Source of the DNA: Gnetum montanum
Taxonomy: Eukaryota; Plantae; Gnetophyta
DNA: 64,000 nucleotides
Assembly (NCBI GenBank): GCA_015680685.1
Contig: MNCI01002118.1
Location: forward strand, 533,042-597,041
Direction of reading: 5' to 3'
In this document: piece by piece, positions 34,546-48,355 of the stretch
Layout of the letters: the number at the start of each line of letters is the position of its first letter
Position numbering within the stretch: the first letter of the stretch is position 1
Translations under genes and position numbers: made by a program
The notes under the pieces: model-generated
What the model was told of the DNA's origin: nothing
Databases searched by the model: none
What the model saw: the letters and a program-made list of their open reading frames with translations, nothing else

Positions 34546-37500
34546 TGATGACAGCGGTTACTCTAGCAATTTATTCTAATTATTAGAGTGGTTACTCTAA
34601 TTATTAGAGTAGTTGCTCCCAAGCCTATAAATACAATGCCCAGGTGCACAATTGAGAGGAAGTCTTATAGCAGTCAAGTAGCGAAACTCTTGTAGTCTGT
34701 TTGAAGGTTAGATTATTTTCCAAGTGCCCGCAGCAGGAGGTTGAAGTGTGGATGGATCTTTATTTGAGCACTGTGTACCTGAGCACACCTTGTGTACAGC
34801 AATAAAGATGAGCTCTTTGATTCATCCTTGCAGCACTTGAGATTTGTTTTCTTACACATTTATTTTATTTTATTTTATGCACTTTATATTTCTGTTATTA
34901 GCACAACAATTCATTTTGATCAATTAAGCAAATTGTTAAATTACACTCAGTACAATCGCTTCGAGCATGTGTGTAACACTTAGTAACCCAGTAACAATTA
35001 GTGTTTGGTAATCCCAGTAGCATTGCACTGGTTCGGGATGTGTACGGTAAGTGAGAATGGATACTAGTGTTAGGATTAGTTAAAGCCTAGTTAATCAGTA
35101 GTCAAGTTAAATTAGTCACTTAGTTATCTCTCTCTCCTCCCTTATTAGCAGCAGGACATAAAAACATAAAAGTTACAAAGATCATATGGCTCAAGCTTAC
35201 TTAACCATATAATCGTGACATATAGGTAAGCTTGGGAAGACAACGATCAACCAACCCATCCTTGTTTCACAAGGGCGCATAAGCACATAGTCCTTGGAAT
35301 TCGACCAGATCGTGCGTGAAACGCTTGTATCATATGGTTGAGTGTAAGGGTACCTCGCCGCTCATCATTGGCGTCATTGCCAGGGACTTAGTTGTTTGTG
35401 CGCTAATTAGAGCTTAGAAAATCATTCACATCATTGGAACAAACCCTTAGGGTTGATTGAGAAAATAATAAACAAGAATACATTACACACTGAACAAACA
35501 ATTATGTCTCGTTCTTCGTATGAAAGCGCCTCACCACCTAGGTTTGAAATAGGAAACAATCGGTGGTGTAATACATATGACGTTGATCCACCAATCCCTC
35601 AACAAGTTCGAGTGGTATATATTCATCCCAATGAGTATATACCAGACTTCACCTTTATCCCCCATCAAGATGAACAACTACGTCGGCGAGACTTAGAAGG
35701 TAACATAGTGTTACCTCCTGATCGTTCAATCTCGAGCATGCTTCTTCATGCTCTCACATGAATTGGCATGTTGCACTTACACATAGAATACATTGTGCAA
35801 GACCATGACTCAAGAGACCATCGTCCCACAGAGGCACAATGTCAAAGGGACTTGCAACAGGAGAGACATCATAAGTTTTTGAAGGATAAGTGGTCCCAGG
35901 ATGCCCCACATGTCTTAAGCGAAAATGAGGATGGTGAACCTACCTTAGGGAATCGGCAACATAATGATGTTCCTCCCCTTGACTTTGGCCAACGGGTTGT
36001 GTATCAGAACCTTCATTCCACTATTCATAACCTAGGTTCTGATACCCATGGGCACAAAGGGTTTGAAAAAGGGATACAAACTCATGATAAAGGTGGACAT
36101 TCTGATCCCAATCGTGATTGGGGTCGAGACCGCAGAAGTGAAGGTAGTAGACACCGTCATGGTGACGGTTCTCCTTCTTCTTCACCTTCATCATCTCCTT
36201 CACCCTCTCCTTCAATATCTGGATGTGGTCATAAAGAAAAAGACCATGGGGATAAAGGTAGGCAAAGTGGAAGTCATAGACGAAATAACTAGGAAAGGGG
36301 ACGAGGGCACTCTAGAGAGTCACGACATAGAAGAAGGGAGAGTAGGGAACAACGTAGGCATCATAGATGCCATAGACGAGATGATCACAATGAACCCTTA
36401 CTTGCTACTCAAAGTATGTTGGACATAACTAAGGCTGGTAGAATTTCAACAAGACACCAGAAAGATAGTAGGATCAAGAGATTAAATATGAACAACATCC
36501 CATGATTTGAAGGGGGATACAACGTTGATCCTCAGAATCATTTACAAGCATTCCATGATGCGTGTGCCTTACAGAACATAGAGAATGAATGACAAAAACT
36601 TAAGCTGTTCTCACAGATATTAGTTAAAGAAGCAGAAAGCTAGTACCAGTCTTTAGAATCGAAATCCATTCGTAGATGGAGTACTATGTTAGAACTATTT
36701 AATGACAAGTACTAAACGTACTCCCGAGTGTCTAACTTGCGAAAGCAAATCCAAGGCTAGAAACAAGGAGGACATGAATCCTTGGATGCTACCATGGGCC
36801 AATACTATGCATTGTTACATCGTTGTCCTGGGCATGGTTATTTGCAAAGGGATCAATTGCGCCATCTCATGGATGGGCTTAGGCATGAAACGAGAAGAAC
36901 CTTTAGGACTTATGCCCAAGGGAGACTATCTGAGCTTAGGTCCCATCAAATTCAAAGACTATTGGAGGAAGTTGCTAAGGAAGAAGGTGAGCTATAGAAG
37001 AGAGAAAGTGCAGAAGAGTATAACTAAGATCCTTCCCTTCGGAAGAGGAGAGTAAGATTTTCTGTGGATGAAGAAGAGTCACGACTCGAAGAGATGGTGA
37101 ATAGGAAAACTTTGCCTATCCAAAAGATGACATCAAAAGTTTCGGCAAAGGTAGACCAAATGTGGGATTCCCTAGACAATAGATTTTAAATTGTTCTTAA
37201 AATAGTAGAGGAGTCTAGAGAGCAAGGTAGTGAGAAAAGAAAAAAGAAAGAGGTTGAACATGCACATAGCAAGGGTAAGGGCAGGGTTGCCATCATTAAA
37301 GAGGTTGTGGATTTGGAAATAGACAATGATAGCGGATGTGAGATATGTCAATATGACCATCCTAAGGGATGTTGCCCTGTAATCTCACATTTGCAGAAGT
37401 CTAGGATGTATGCATTCAACCCATGATTAAAAAAAAGGCAAACACCCCAAAGGTTACCTTATCCTCAAGGTAACCCAAGGTAGTTCCACCAACCATTAAC

Positions 37501-40500
37501 ATATTATCCCAGTGGAACTCCCTCACAACTGATTGAGCAATATCAATAGTGGCAGCACCCACAATCATCAAGAATGCCACCACCAAGGAAATAGTATCCT
37601 TACTGGTAACTTGACCCATATGGATATTACATGTAGCAGCCAGTCTCCCCACATGACTCTACTGGTCACGTCACTCCTCAACTTCACTACCAAGATCACG
37701 AGTATTATGGGACTCCCTGTTCTAAAGGTGATATTCTGTAAGCATATCATCCTTCTCATCCGGTTGCATCTCTTCCACCAATAGCTCCACTACCACCTAC
37801 TCCCATGATGCAAGGTGAAATCCCTACCCAGCCGTAGCAACATAATGCCACAAGGGCTATTAACTCTCAACCTACTGTTCGTTCCAACAACCACATGAAC
37901 AAAAGACCTTTCTTTAGAACCAATAGTCCAACCAAGCCCTTGCAATCACAAGCAGTTGATTCCTTAGATGCCTCAATATCAATCAAAACTTTGGAGCCCC
38001 CTTTAACCCAATCACCACACTCAATGCATATGGTCATGCTAACACATGTCATCACCGATTAGATCAAAGTTGGCCACCTTCCCGGGAAATTCTCTAATCT
38101 TGCGAGTCCTCTGATATATTTACAAATCACTAGAAATGAACCATGCAGGGCTCTTTTCAATTTAGGTTCTAATGTCAACTTGATTTCTCAAGAAATATAC
38201 AAGGCCTGGAACCTGCCTCCATTAAAAAATAGCAACATTCATGTAGAGCTAGCCGACCAGTCCATCACTGTCCCGTTGGGACTAGTGGAGAACATTGTTA
38301 CCACTATTTGTGGATGGTCATACTCAGCTAATTTCCTAGTGATTCAGGTGAACAACGGTAAGGGGGACTTCCCAATCATAATGGGAAGAGCATGGCTAAG
38401 CACCATTGATGCACACCTAGGAATCTGTGATCTTTCCCTAGAAATATCAAAGGAAAATACATTCGGAAAGATCGAGAAGAAGAAAGTTCCATGAATCACA
38501 TATAGTGACACAGGGTGTAATTGCATGCAGAGGTCATGGTTTGTGCAAAGTTTAGCATTTCCTACATGCAATCAATGTGCACAAGTGATTAACATACAAA
38601 CATGCCTGTATGCAACAGCCACATGACAAGAAGACACCTAGTGGCTGAGAGTTGATCAAGAAAGTAGTTCACTCATATGCATGGAACTAACTGATGTTTT
38701 AACTTGTGCTTACATCGATAGCATAGATGCATTAAAGCAAGTCCACCGCCAACTTCCAAGTCTAAACCTTGAAAATATCAATTGGGGGAAGTTGGAAATC
38801 CCTGAGAAATTTAAGCAAGAGCCCCTCGAGCTAAAACCATTGCCCATCGGTATGGAATACACGTTCCTTAAAAATGGAAAATTGGTAATTATCAACGCTA
38901 GGCTTGCTCCTCAATAAAAAGAAAAACTGCTAAAGGTAATAAATAAATAGTCAAAAGTCTTTGCTTGGTCATATCCCAAATTAACTGGAATAGATCCTAG
39001 GATATGCCAACATAGAATTTCCACTAACCCCTCCATGAAGCCTCGAAGACAACAGTAGAGGCGATTGAACCCTAAGCTGAAGCAAGTAGTTAAGGAAGAA
39101 ATCAAATAGCTTCTCAAGGTTGGGTTCATATACCCCATTGCTGATAGTGAATGGGTGAGCCCCTTAGTTATTGTGCCTAAAAAGGGAGGTAAATGAAGAG
39201 TGTGCATAGATTTTAGGCTACTAAATATGGCAACATTTAAAGATCACTTTCCATTGTCATTTGTCAACCAAGTCTTAGACACCATCGCAGGGCATCGCTA
39301 TTACAATTTTCTAGATGGATATAGCAGATATAACCAAATACAAATAGCCCCATAAGACTAAGCTAAGACTATGTTCAGTAGTCCTTGTGGAATGTTCACA
39401 TACAAACAAATGTTGTTTGGCTTGTGCAATGCCCTTGCAACATTTCAACGACTAGTTCTAAGCATATTCCAACAGTAGATAGGGAATGGTGTGGAGGTCT
39501 TTATGGATGACTTCTCCACTTATGGAGCAAATTTTGATTAAGCCTTGGACCGGTTGGAGCAAGTGTTAAAAAAGATGTGTAAAAACCAATTTGAGGCTTA
39601 ACTGGCAGAAAAGCCATTTGATGGTCCAAGAAGGCATAGTACTAGGGTGTAAAATCTCACACACAAGGATAGAGGTAGACCTTGAGAAAATCAATATTTC
39701 CCAAGGAATTACCCATTAACCGGAAACTGTTAAAGATATTTGGTCATTCCTTGGACATACTAGCTACTATAGGAGATTTATTGAGAACTTTTCAAAGGTT
39801 GAAAAATCATTGGTGAAATTAACGAAAAAGGATGTACCTTTTGAGTGGACCAGGGAATGTGAATTAGCTTTCCAAACTCTGAAATAGAAGCTAGTAGAAA
39901 CACCCATTCTACAAGCTCCTGACTAGTTCAAACCATTCCATATCATGACTGATGCATCCAACTATGCTTTAGGAGCCGTACTTACACAGTTGGATGACCA
40001 GAAGCGTCCTTATTACATCCACTATGCAAGTAGAAGTATCGATGGTACACAACTTAACTACACTACCATAGAGAAAGAATTAATGGCTGTAGTGTTTACA
40101 CTAGAAAAGTTTAGACACTATGTATTGGGATATAAAGTATATATACATACAGATCATAGTGCAATTCGATTCCTCATGAATAAGCCAATGGCAAGCCCTC
40201 GTATCATACGATGGCTTGTAATCTTACATAAGTTTGATTTAACGATGATCGATTGCAAGGGCACCGGGAATATAGTTGTTGATCATTTATCTCAGTTGCA
40301 ATGGGACAACAAAGAAGATGAGTATCCAATTTCTGATCATTTTCCTGATGAATTCCTCTTTCCTGGTGTAGTGAATAATCAATCACCCACGGAAACAAAC
40401 TGGTACAGTAGCATTCTTACCTATCTCCTCATCCAACAAACACCATAAGAGTTAAACCTTAAGAAGAAACAATAGTTTTTTCACTAAGCCAAGTACTTTA

Positions 40501-43500
40501 TGGAGATCAATGGGCAACTTTACAAAGTGTGTCCCAATGGCTTGGTTTGATAGTGTGTTCCCGATATGAATCAACTACGAGTTCTCCAAGATGCTCATGA
40601 GGGTCTTTGTGGGGGTCATTACGCTGGGAGAAGAACGGCCATCAAGATCCTGCTTGCAGGATATTATTGGCCTACATTATTTCAGGACATCCATCATTTT
40701 GTCCAATCTTGTGAGCACTGTCAACGTGATGGGGGAATGACTGCTAGAATGGAGGGTCTGCAACAATGGATTCAACTGTTAGAACCCTTTGACATTTGGG
40801 GAATTGATTTTATGGGGCTGATTACACCAATGTCCAATGGAAAAGCTTATATTATTGTTACCATTGATTACCTAACAAAATGGCCCGAAGCAACTACTGT
40901 TAAAGATTGTACATCATCTACAGCTGCACGATTTGTTCAACAACAAATCATAAATAGGTTTAGTGTGCCACGTGCACTTATTTCAAACAATGGTACACAC
41001 TTCACAGGTGCAACTTTTTGAAAATTAATGCAACGCTTAGGGGTTGAGCATCAATTGACTACACCATACCACCCCCAAGCGAACAGTCAAGTAGAAGTCA
41101 CCAACAGGGAGATTACGAAAATATTAAGAAGAACTATTAGCAAGTTTAGGTGAGACTGGAGCACTAAACTGAATGATGCTCTTTAGGCATACCGCTCCAC
41201 ATGGAAACTCCCTACAGGCTACTCTCCCTATGAGTTAGTGTACGGTAAATTACGAATGCTTCCCATTGAAACTGAGCTCTGTACACTATCCACAGCATGT
41301 GACGTCAACCTTGACCTTGATCTAGCACAGAAACAACAGTTAGTAATGCTCAACTTGCTAGATGAAAATTGATTAGCTACCCTGTCATCTAACGAATTGC
41401 ACAAGGCCTTCAATGAACAACATCATGTCCTAAGAATTAGAAAAGTTAAATATTAGCCAAGAGATAAGGTTTTCTACTAGAAGCCCACACATGTGACACA
41501 ACGTACTAAATTTCAAACACTATGGGAAGGACCTTATATTATTTATGCAACTTTTCCTTCAGGGGCCATGACAATATACAAACCTGAGATCTTGGATAAG
41601 AAAGTTTTGGTCAACATGCAACAAACCAAACCTTTCTAGGAGCTTAGGATAGCCAGTACACATGCTACCTCTCTTGCTTGACAACCCTACTGACTATTTC
41701 GAATCTCCCCCTTCCAAATTAGTCATGGGGGAGATGGCCACCCATGCTAACCATTCTAGGCCCTCAGTTCTTTTTGAATTTTTTTTTTACACATTCTTTT
41801 AACTTTTCTTATTTTTGTTTTACACCATCGTTCATGTTTTTACTATTTCTTTGTTTTCTTGATTTACTTTTATTTCTCATCTAATAAGTGCTCATGATGG
41901 TGGATTGAATTATATCATATTGATTGCTAATGTTTGATTTTTATCTTTGAATTATGATGCTAATATTAAGGTATGGTTCTTTCGGTAAAATAGGCAATGA
42001 GTCCACATCGTCCACTCATCCATACAACTCTATGGTCTCCTTTGGCTTGGAACTGTACAATCCTCTTTTTCTAAGTAAACTTGTTAATGAATTGGTGGCT
42101 GGGTATTTTTCAAACCAATGAAAGACTCAAAGGATGAAAAGGATGTGACTTTAAGGGGATTCGGTGCATTTGTGCTGGCCATTCTCTTGGGTTTGGATGC
42201 TTTTTCTTGGGTTTTCTACCATTCTGACATTGTTCAAAAATCAAGAAGCTGAGTGAATAAAAATAAGTCTTTGCATGGTGTGGTTCTCATGAAAAAAAAG
42301 TGAGAATTCACAGCACACCCCTTAGACATAATAAAGAAATATGGGCTACAAGCACTAGTTATGGAACTAGAAAGATATGTTACCCATGCCTGAAGGTTCC
42401 CTCTAACTAAGTTCCTTTCTCGCTCTCCTCGGAATAGTGGTGACTCTTTGTGGAAGCATTCTTATTGCTTCAAGTGAATGGATTGGTCAAGTGTGTTGAT
42501 GCAAGGTCATTGGATGTGGTTTGTTTGAGTCTAGATTTGGGATGAGTTCTACATAGTCACATTAACCATGAAATACACAAGGGACATTACACAACCTTGT
42601 TCTTGGGATTCCATTCCATTCTCTCTTCTCCATATTTCTTCCCATTTTTCCACCTCATTTCTAGTTTTATCATTAGTCCATTTTTGGGTTGATGCATTGT
42701 TTTTCTTTGGTGAATTCTTGTGGGTAATTTTTTAACTCTTGCTTCCAAATGACATTCCTAGAGCCTATGGACTCTTTGGTTTGTGGGTTTGTCAGGGCAT
42801 AAAAGGCATGAGCCTACTTTGGGGAGGACCCACTAGCATTCCTTTTTGGTGCAATTGTTAACTTCTTTCCCTTAAACATTTCCTACAATCAATCATTTCT
42901 TGTTTTATCCCCATCCATGACATCCATTTTATTGGCCATAACCACAACTCAGCCAATGCGGTTCATATCGAGGCAAGGTATCAACTGCATTGTGGTTTAT
43001 CTATCTTTACTCACGATCATACAAACAATGCATTGGGATTGGAGGAAGCACTTAGGATAGACTGGAACTAGAGCATTTACGAAAAGAGCAAGTTTGGTGG
43101 CATGGCTATGGATAAACAATGGAAGGTGCAATCTTAGCATTGCTGGCAACACGCTTCATTTTCTTTCTCTCTCTTTCTCTATAAGTTGCCAAATAAAGGC
43201 TTGGATGTCATTTATGTACGAGTGTTCACCATAATGTTGTAATATGCTTATTGATCCGTTCACAAGGCACATTGAGTCTATCATCCCATTCCACCGTCAA
43301 TTTTCAATTAGTCAATAATCCCATACCTTCCCAATATTTTGTAAGGAACTCGAGGACGAGTTTTCATTTAGTCATGGGGTTATGATGAAACCGGTTACTC
43401 TAGTGGTTTATTCTAATTATTAGAGCAGTTACTCTAGCAGTTTATTCTAATTATTAGAGAAATTACTCTAGCGGTTTATTTTAATTATTAGGGCAGTTAC

Positions 43501-44082
43501 TCTAGCAGTTTATTCTAATTATTAGAGTGGTTNNNNNNNNNNNNNNNNNNNNNNNNNTTATTTTATTTTCTTATGCATTTATTTTATTTTATGCACTTTA
43601 AATTTCTGTTATTAGCACAACAATTCATTTTGATCAATTAAGAAAATTGTTAAATTACACTCAGTACGATTGCTTCGAGCATGTGTGTAACGCTTGGTAA
43701 CCCAGTAACGATTAGCGTTTGGTAATCCTAGTAGTGTTGCACTGGTTCAGGATGTGTACGGCAAGTGAGAACGGATACTAGTGTTAGGATTAGTTAAAGC
43801 GTAGTTAATTAGTAATTAAGTTAAATTAGTCACTTAGTTATCTCTCTCTCCTCCCTTATTAGCAGCAAGACATAGAAACATAAAAGGTATAAAAATCATA
43901 TGCCTCAAGCTTACTTAACCATACAATCGTGACATATAGGTAAGCTTGGGAATACAATGATCAACCAACTTGTCTTTGTTCCATAAGGGCACATAAGCAC
44001 TTAGTCCTTGGAATTCGACCGGATCGTGTGTGAAACGTTCGTATTGGTATGGTTGAGTGTAGGGGTACCTCGCCGCTCATCA
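34546..44082 (+). mobile_element. Full-length Athila-clade Ty3/gypsy LTR retrotransposon (defective)
   Basis: LTRs 34546-35367 and 43383-44082; TSD atcta on both sides; Asp-tRNA-type PBS tggcgtcattgccagggac; Athila-like 3' motif ctcgaggacgag...agtcatgggg; second PPT-like agtcatggggga near 41721. Confidence 0.95.
36480..41680 (+). pseudogene. Athila gag-pol (gag, protease, RT, RNase H, integrase) with many stops
   Basis: Protease ALFNLGSNVNLI..LADQS; RT WVSPLVIVPKK, DHFPL, FMDDFS; RNase H TDASNYALGAVL, NYTTIEKEL, TDHSA; integrase GGHYAG..GYYWP, WGIDFMG, YHPQAN. Confidence 0.95.
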
Positions 44083-45394
44083 ATCTAGATTATCAAGATA
44101 TCACTGAAAAAATCATAAATCCAAGAGCTCCAATATATAATTTAATTTGATATACTTGAAATAAGAAGAGATAAGCATAGTGAATACTTTTTAACTAGAA
44201 TGTATGATTATTTAAGACATACAAATGAATATGATTGTGGATTCACTTGTACACAAAAGGTTCAAAAGGTAGCAGCGACCCTCAATAATATTTATTATTA
44301 CCAAATATGATGATGAATTTTATCTTGTCCAAACATTTCTTAAATAAAAGTATTAGAGAATTTGAAAAATGGTAATAATCATAATGGTCAAGCATATAGC
44401 CAATATAGATAGCAGTAGAAGAAGAAATTTTAGAGGCAAAAGAAGAAACAACAATAATTATCAAGATATAAATAATGAATAATAATAAGAAGACTCATCT
44501 AACCAATCAAATAATGAAATGACAAAGAATCAAACAAGAAGAGGTGACAATAGAGAAATAGGAGGTAGACATTGTAACCAAGGTAATTAAAACCAACAAA
44601 ATTTATTCATTTATAGGTCTTCACTTTGCAAATTTTGCAAGAAGGATTAAATAATTAACAAGTGTTAGGGCAAGTTTGGTTTTGAAACTTTGAACATCAA
44701 GGATAATTCATCATAAGCTTCTACATCAAATAAAAAATAGTCAACTAATAATCAAAATCAAAGTTATAAGTGTTAAAACAATATAATAACACTTTTAATT
44801 TTCTTCATGAAAGCTCAAAATGGACCACAAAATTGGATCATTAACAATGGTTGCTCCAATCATATGATACCATGTAAAGAACATTCTATTAAGTTTTGGG
44901 TTAATAATGACCTAAAAAGAATTAAAGTAGAAGATTGCAAATTCATTAAGATTGAAGACAGCGATGAGGTATTAGTGATACTCCTAAGTGACCACTCAAA
45001 TATAATAAAGAATGTTTTCAATGTTCCTAAGCTATCCAATTCACTTTTATTAGTGGAAAAAATTATACATAAAGGTAACATTATCAAATTTAAAGATGAC
45101 TTTACATAATCATAAGTACCTATAGCTAAGACGTTACAAAAATGAAAATAATAAATAATAAAATTTTTTACCTTAAAAGTTTAAAGATATGAATAGCCAT
45201 TAATATACAAATCATAAAAAATTAAGAACAAAGAATCAATTTGCAATAAGAAAGAAATTAAATTGAAGACTTAATAGTTAAGAAAAAAAGCAAGACAAAT
45301 GTGACCAAAGCAATAATTTAACATTGAAAGTTGAACATGTCTCATACACAAACATTGAAAATTTCATCACAAACAAATCAGCTCATAAACTACA

Positions 45395-46193
45395 TGATAG
45401 CTGGCAAAGTAACCTTATGTCCAACCATACAAATCATAAATATTCATACACAATATGGTTGAATTTTGTAGACTTAAGACTAAATGGATGCTTTAGAGAA
45501 CTACATGATGATTATTTATTATTATTAAAATATTCAAAAGATTAAAATATTAACATAATAAACTAATTAACTCAAATATAGAAAAATAATGTAAACTAGC
45601 CTAAGCATAGATCATCCATTCCTAGCTTTCCTTGCACATCCTATACATGTATTAATATTGTTGGGTAACCAAGTATTCACTACTAGGTATACCAAGTATT
45701 AATTATTAGGATTACCAAATATTGGTATACTATGTTTAAAGTAGTCATGCTCATGCTTGTGTACTTAATTACAAAATAATAAAATAGTTAACTAATAGCA
45801 TGGAAAGTAAATAAACGTTAAGAGTAAAGTGCAAGAAAGTAAATTACAAGGCTATTCCAAGTGCTACAGTGGAGGAAACAAATCTTAATTTTAGTGCCAT
45901 TATGCACATGTATCTAGGTACATAATGCATTCAAATAAAACTCCATACAACTTACTTAATCCACGCTATGAGCACTCAAAAGAGGAAAATTCTAACTTCT
46001 ACAATGCAAAACTGCAAAAGTATGGCTAAGGAAATGACCAAATGGTGCCATGAATGGAGGGGGTATATGCATTTATATAGACAAAGACAAAGGCTATGTC
46101 ATTGTTTATATGTTAACACATCAAAGGATGCATCAATGCACATGTGCCAATACATAATCATTGATGTTAGTAACCAATTTTTATTGTTCATTG
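45395..46193 (-). mobile_element. Old solo LTR (Athila-related) inserted in the copia
   Basis: TSD ctaca 45390-45394 and 46194-46198; start tgatagctggcaaagtaacc..caaccatac resembles the LTR end at 62379; right terminus ttcattg looks like a decayed ttcatca. Confidence 0.7.
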
Positions 46194-47249
46194 CTACAAA
46201 TCAAAGACATACCCAATGAAACATTCAAAATATGTCTAATGGGTAAGCTTAATTTTACATAATTATCAAATGCTTAGATGTGAAATTAGACTTCTTATAC
46301 ATAGATTTGTTTGGCCTTATGTCTACTATAGTCTCTAGAGGTGGAAAATATTTCTTTGTCACTGTTGCAACCATGCACGATTCACTTGGACTTATATTCT
46401 TAATTTAAAAATGAAACTTTTCTAACTTTCATAAGTTTCCATAAACTAAATAAGAATATGATTGTTAAGGTAATTATATCATATAAAGGTGGTGAATTCA
46501 TTACAAAAGAATTTAAAAACTATTATGGTAAACATTATATTTTGAAATAAACAACTTGTGCCTATCCACCTAAATTAAATGGAATAGCTAAATGCAAGAA
46601 TGGAGTCATTCAAGACATGGTTAGATGCCTTATCAAACATTCCAAGCTATTGGATGTGTATTAGGCTCAATCAGTTCATGTTACTTCATACATTTTGAAT
46701 TGGTTAAGCACTACATCTAATAATGAAAAGATACCATATGAGCTATTACATAAGATGGTATTCCATCTCTCACATAATAAAGTATTTGGTTGTGTTTCCT
46801 ACATGAAAATTCTATGTCAATTTTTGGAAAAATTGGAGGATAGAACAAAGAAGTGCATTTTTCTATGATATGGTAATAACACAAGTGATTGCAAGTTCAT
46901 TAACCTAGTAGAATGAAAATCGTACTCCACTAGAGATGTCAAATTTGAAGAAGACAAAAAAGGTTTGAAATATTTTTAACCATTGGAATACCATCATCCA
47001 TATGAAAATTTAGATACTTCTAACAATCCAATATCCTATATGACTACGGACCATCTTAAAGAGCAAATTCTAGTTTTAATTTTGACAAAAGATTAACTAG
47101 ATTACAAGCATTAGCTTGTATTTCCTAGCTAGCATTCTCAAGTAAGCCTCAAGCCATTAATAAGGCATTAAAATAAAAAAAATTAAAAAAAATTGATGAA
47201 AAAATATGATATAATCATTCAGAATAATACATGAGAGCTTATAGATACA

Positions 47250-48355
47250 TACTATTAGAGTATACTCCTAAGTAAGGTACAATCATTAGTTTCTTAACTT
47301 AATCCATCAACAGTTATGAATGGTCATGATGGATCAACAAAGAGTTACAACATCGTATGAAGGATAAGAGAATACAAGTCTTTACTTCATAACATGTGAA
47401 AATAACACATGGAACAAAAAATGGAAATAAGAATGAAGAAGACATGAATAAGAAAAGTGATGAAGGATAAAGATAAGAGTGTGTAAGAACCATCGAGATA
47501 AAGAATTAGTATTGGAACAATATTCAAAATAATGTTTGTAATATAAAAAAGGTTACAAACCACAATGATTTATAAAATTACGAAGGAAAATATCCTAAAC
47601 CATAAGAGTAAACATGAGTAATGTAAGAAGTTGTTATGAAATAAAAAGTTTGTAACAAGAACCTGAGCAATCCCTGTAGCATAGGATCTAGTTTTCTAAA
47701 GAGAAGGAGAAGATTCATGTTTTGTCATACATAACTTTATCTAGATTTTTAAATAAGAAGAGAAGTCCATTCAAAAGATTATGATAGTTAAGTTAGGAAA
47801 ATTAAGGAGGAGAATTATGAAGAAGTATTTTGTAAAGTATAGTAAAGCTAAGTTAGAAGAGGCTTAATGAAGTTAAGTACATAAGCTTACCTATGACAAG
47901 CTAAAATACAAGTGTTTGTAATACATTGAGTTAGGAACAATAGTCATAAATGTATTATAAGCTTACAATAAAGAAGTGGATATGAATTAAAAGAAGATGC
48001 ATTGCCAAAAAATAATAATACTATCATCATCGAAGCATAAGAAGTTCTTACGAACTTAGCATAAGTAGACTTGGAAATACAACAAGCTCAAAGATAATTT
48101 TATGAATCACCAAAACTATCAACAAGTACTAAGTGATGGAATCAAGATAATGTACTATGTTCATCATAAGATGATTCATAAGTTGAAGATTCAGTAAGAC
48201 TTATGATACTTATAGTTGCCAAGTCTACGAAGAACAGTTGCCATTACAAAAGAGTTATGATCTTGAATTTCTATAGTATTAATGTTATTCTCTCAATTAT
48301 GGAAAGTGTATCTCCCTATAAAAGATCTTGAAGAACTAAGAAATTTTAACATGGT
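47250..48355 (+). mobile_element. LTR-like insertion splitting the copia RT
   Basis: Copia RT stops after NNT*ELID (about 47247) and resumes near 48360; insert ends ttttaaca followed by tggtat. Confidence 0.4.
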
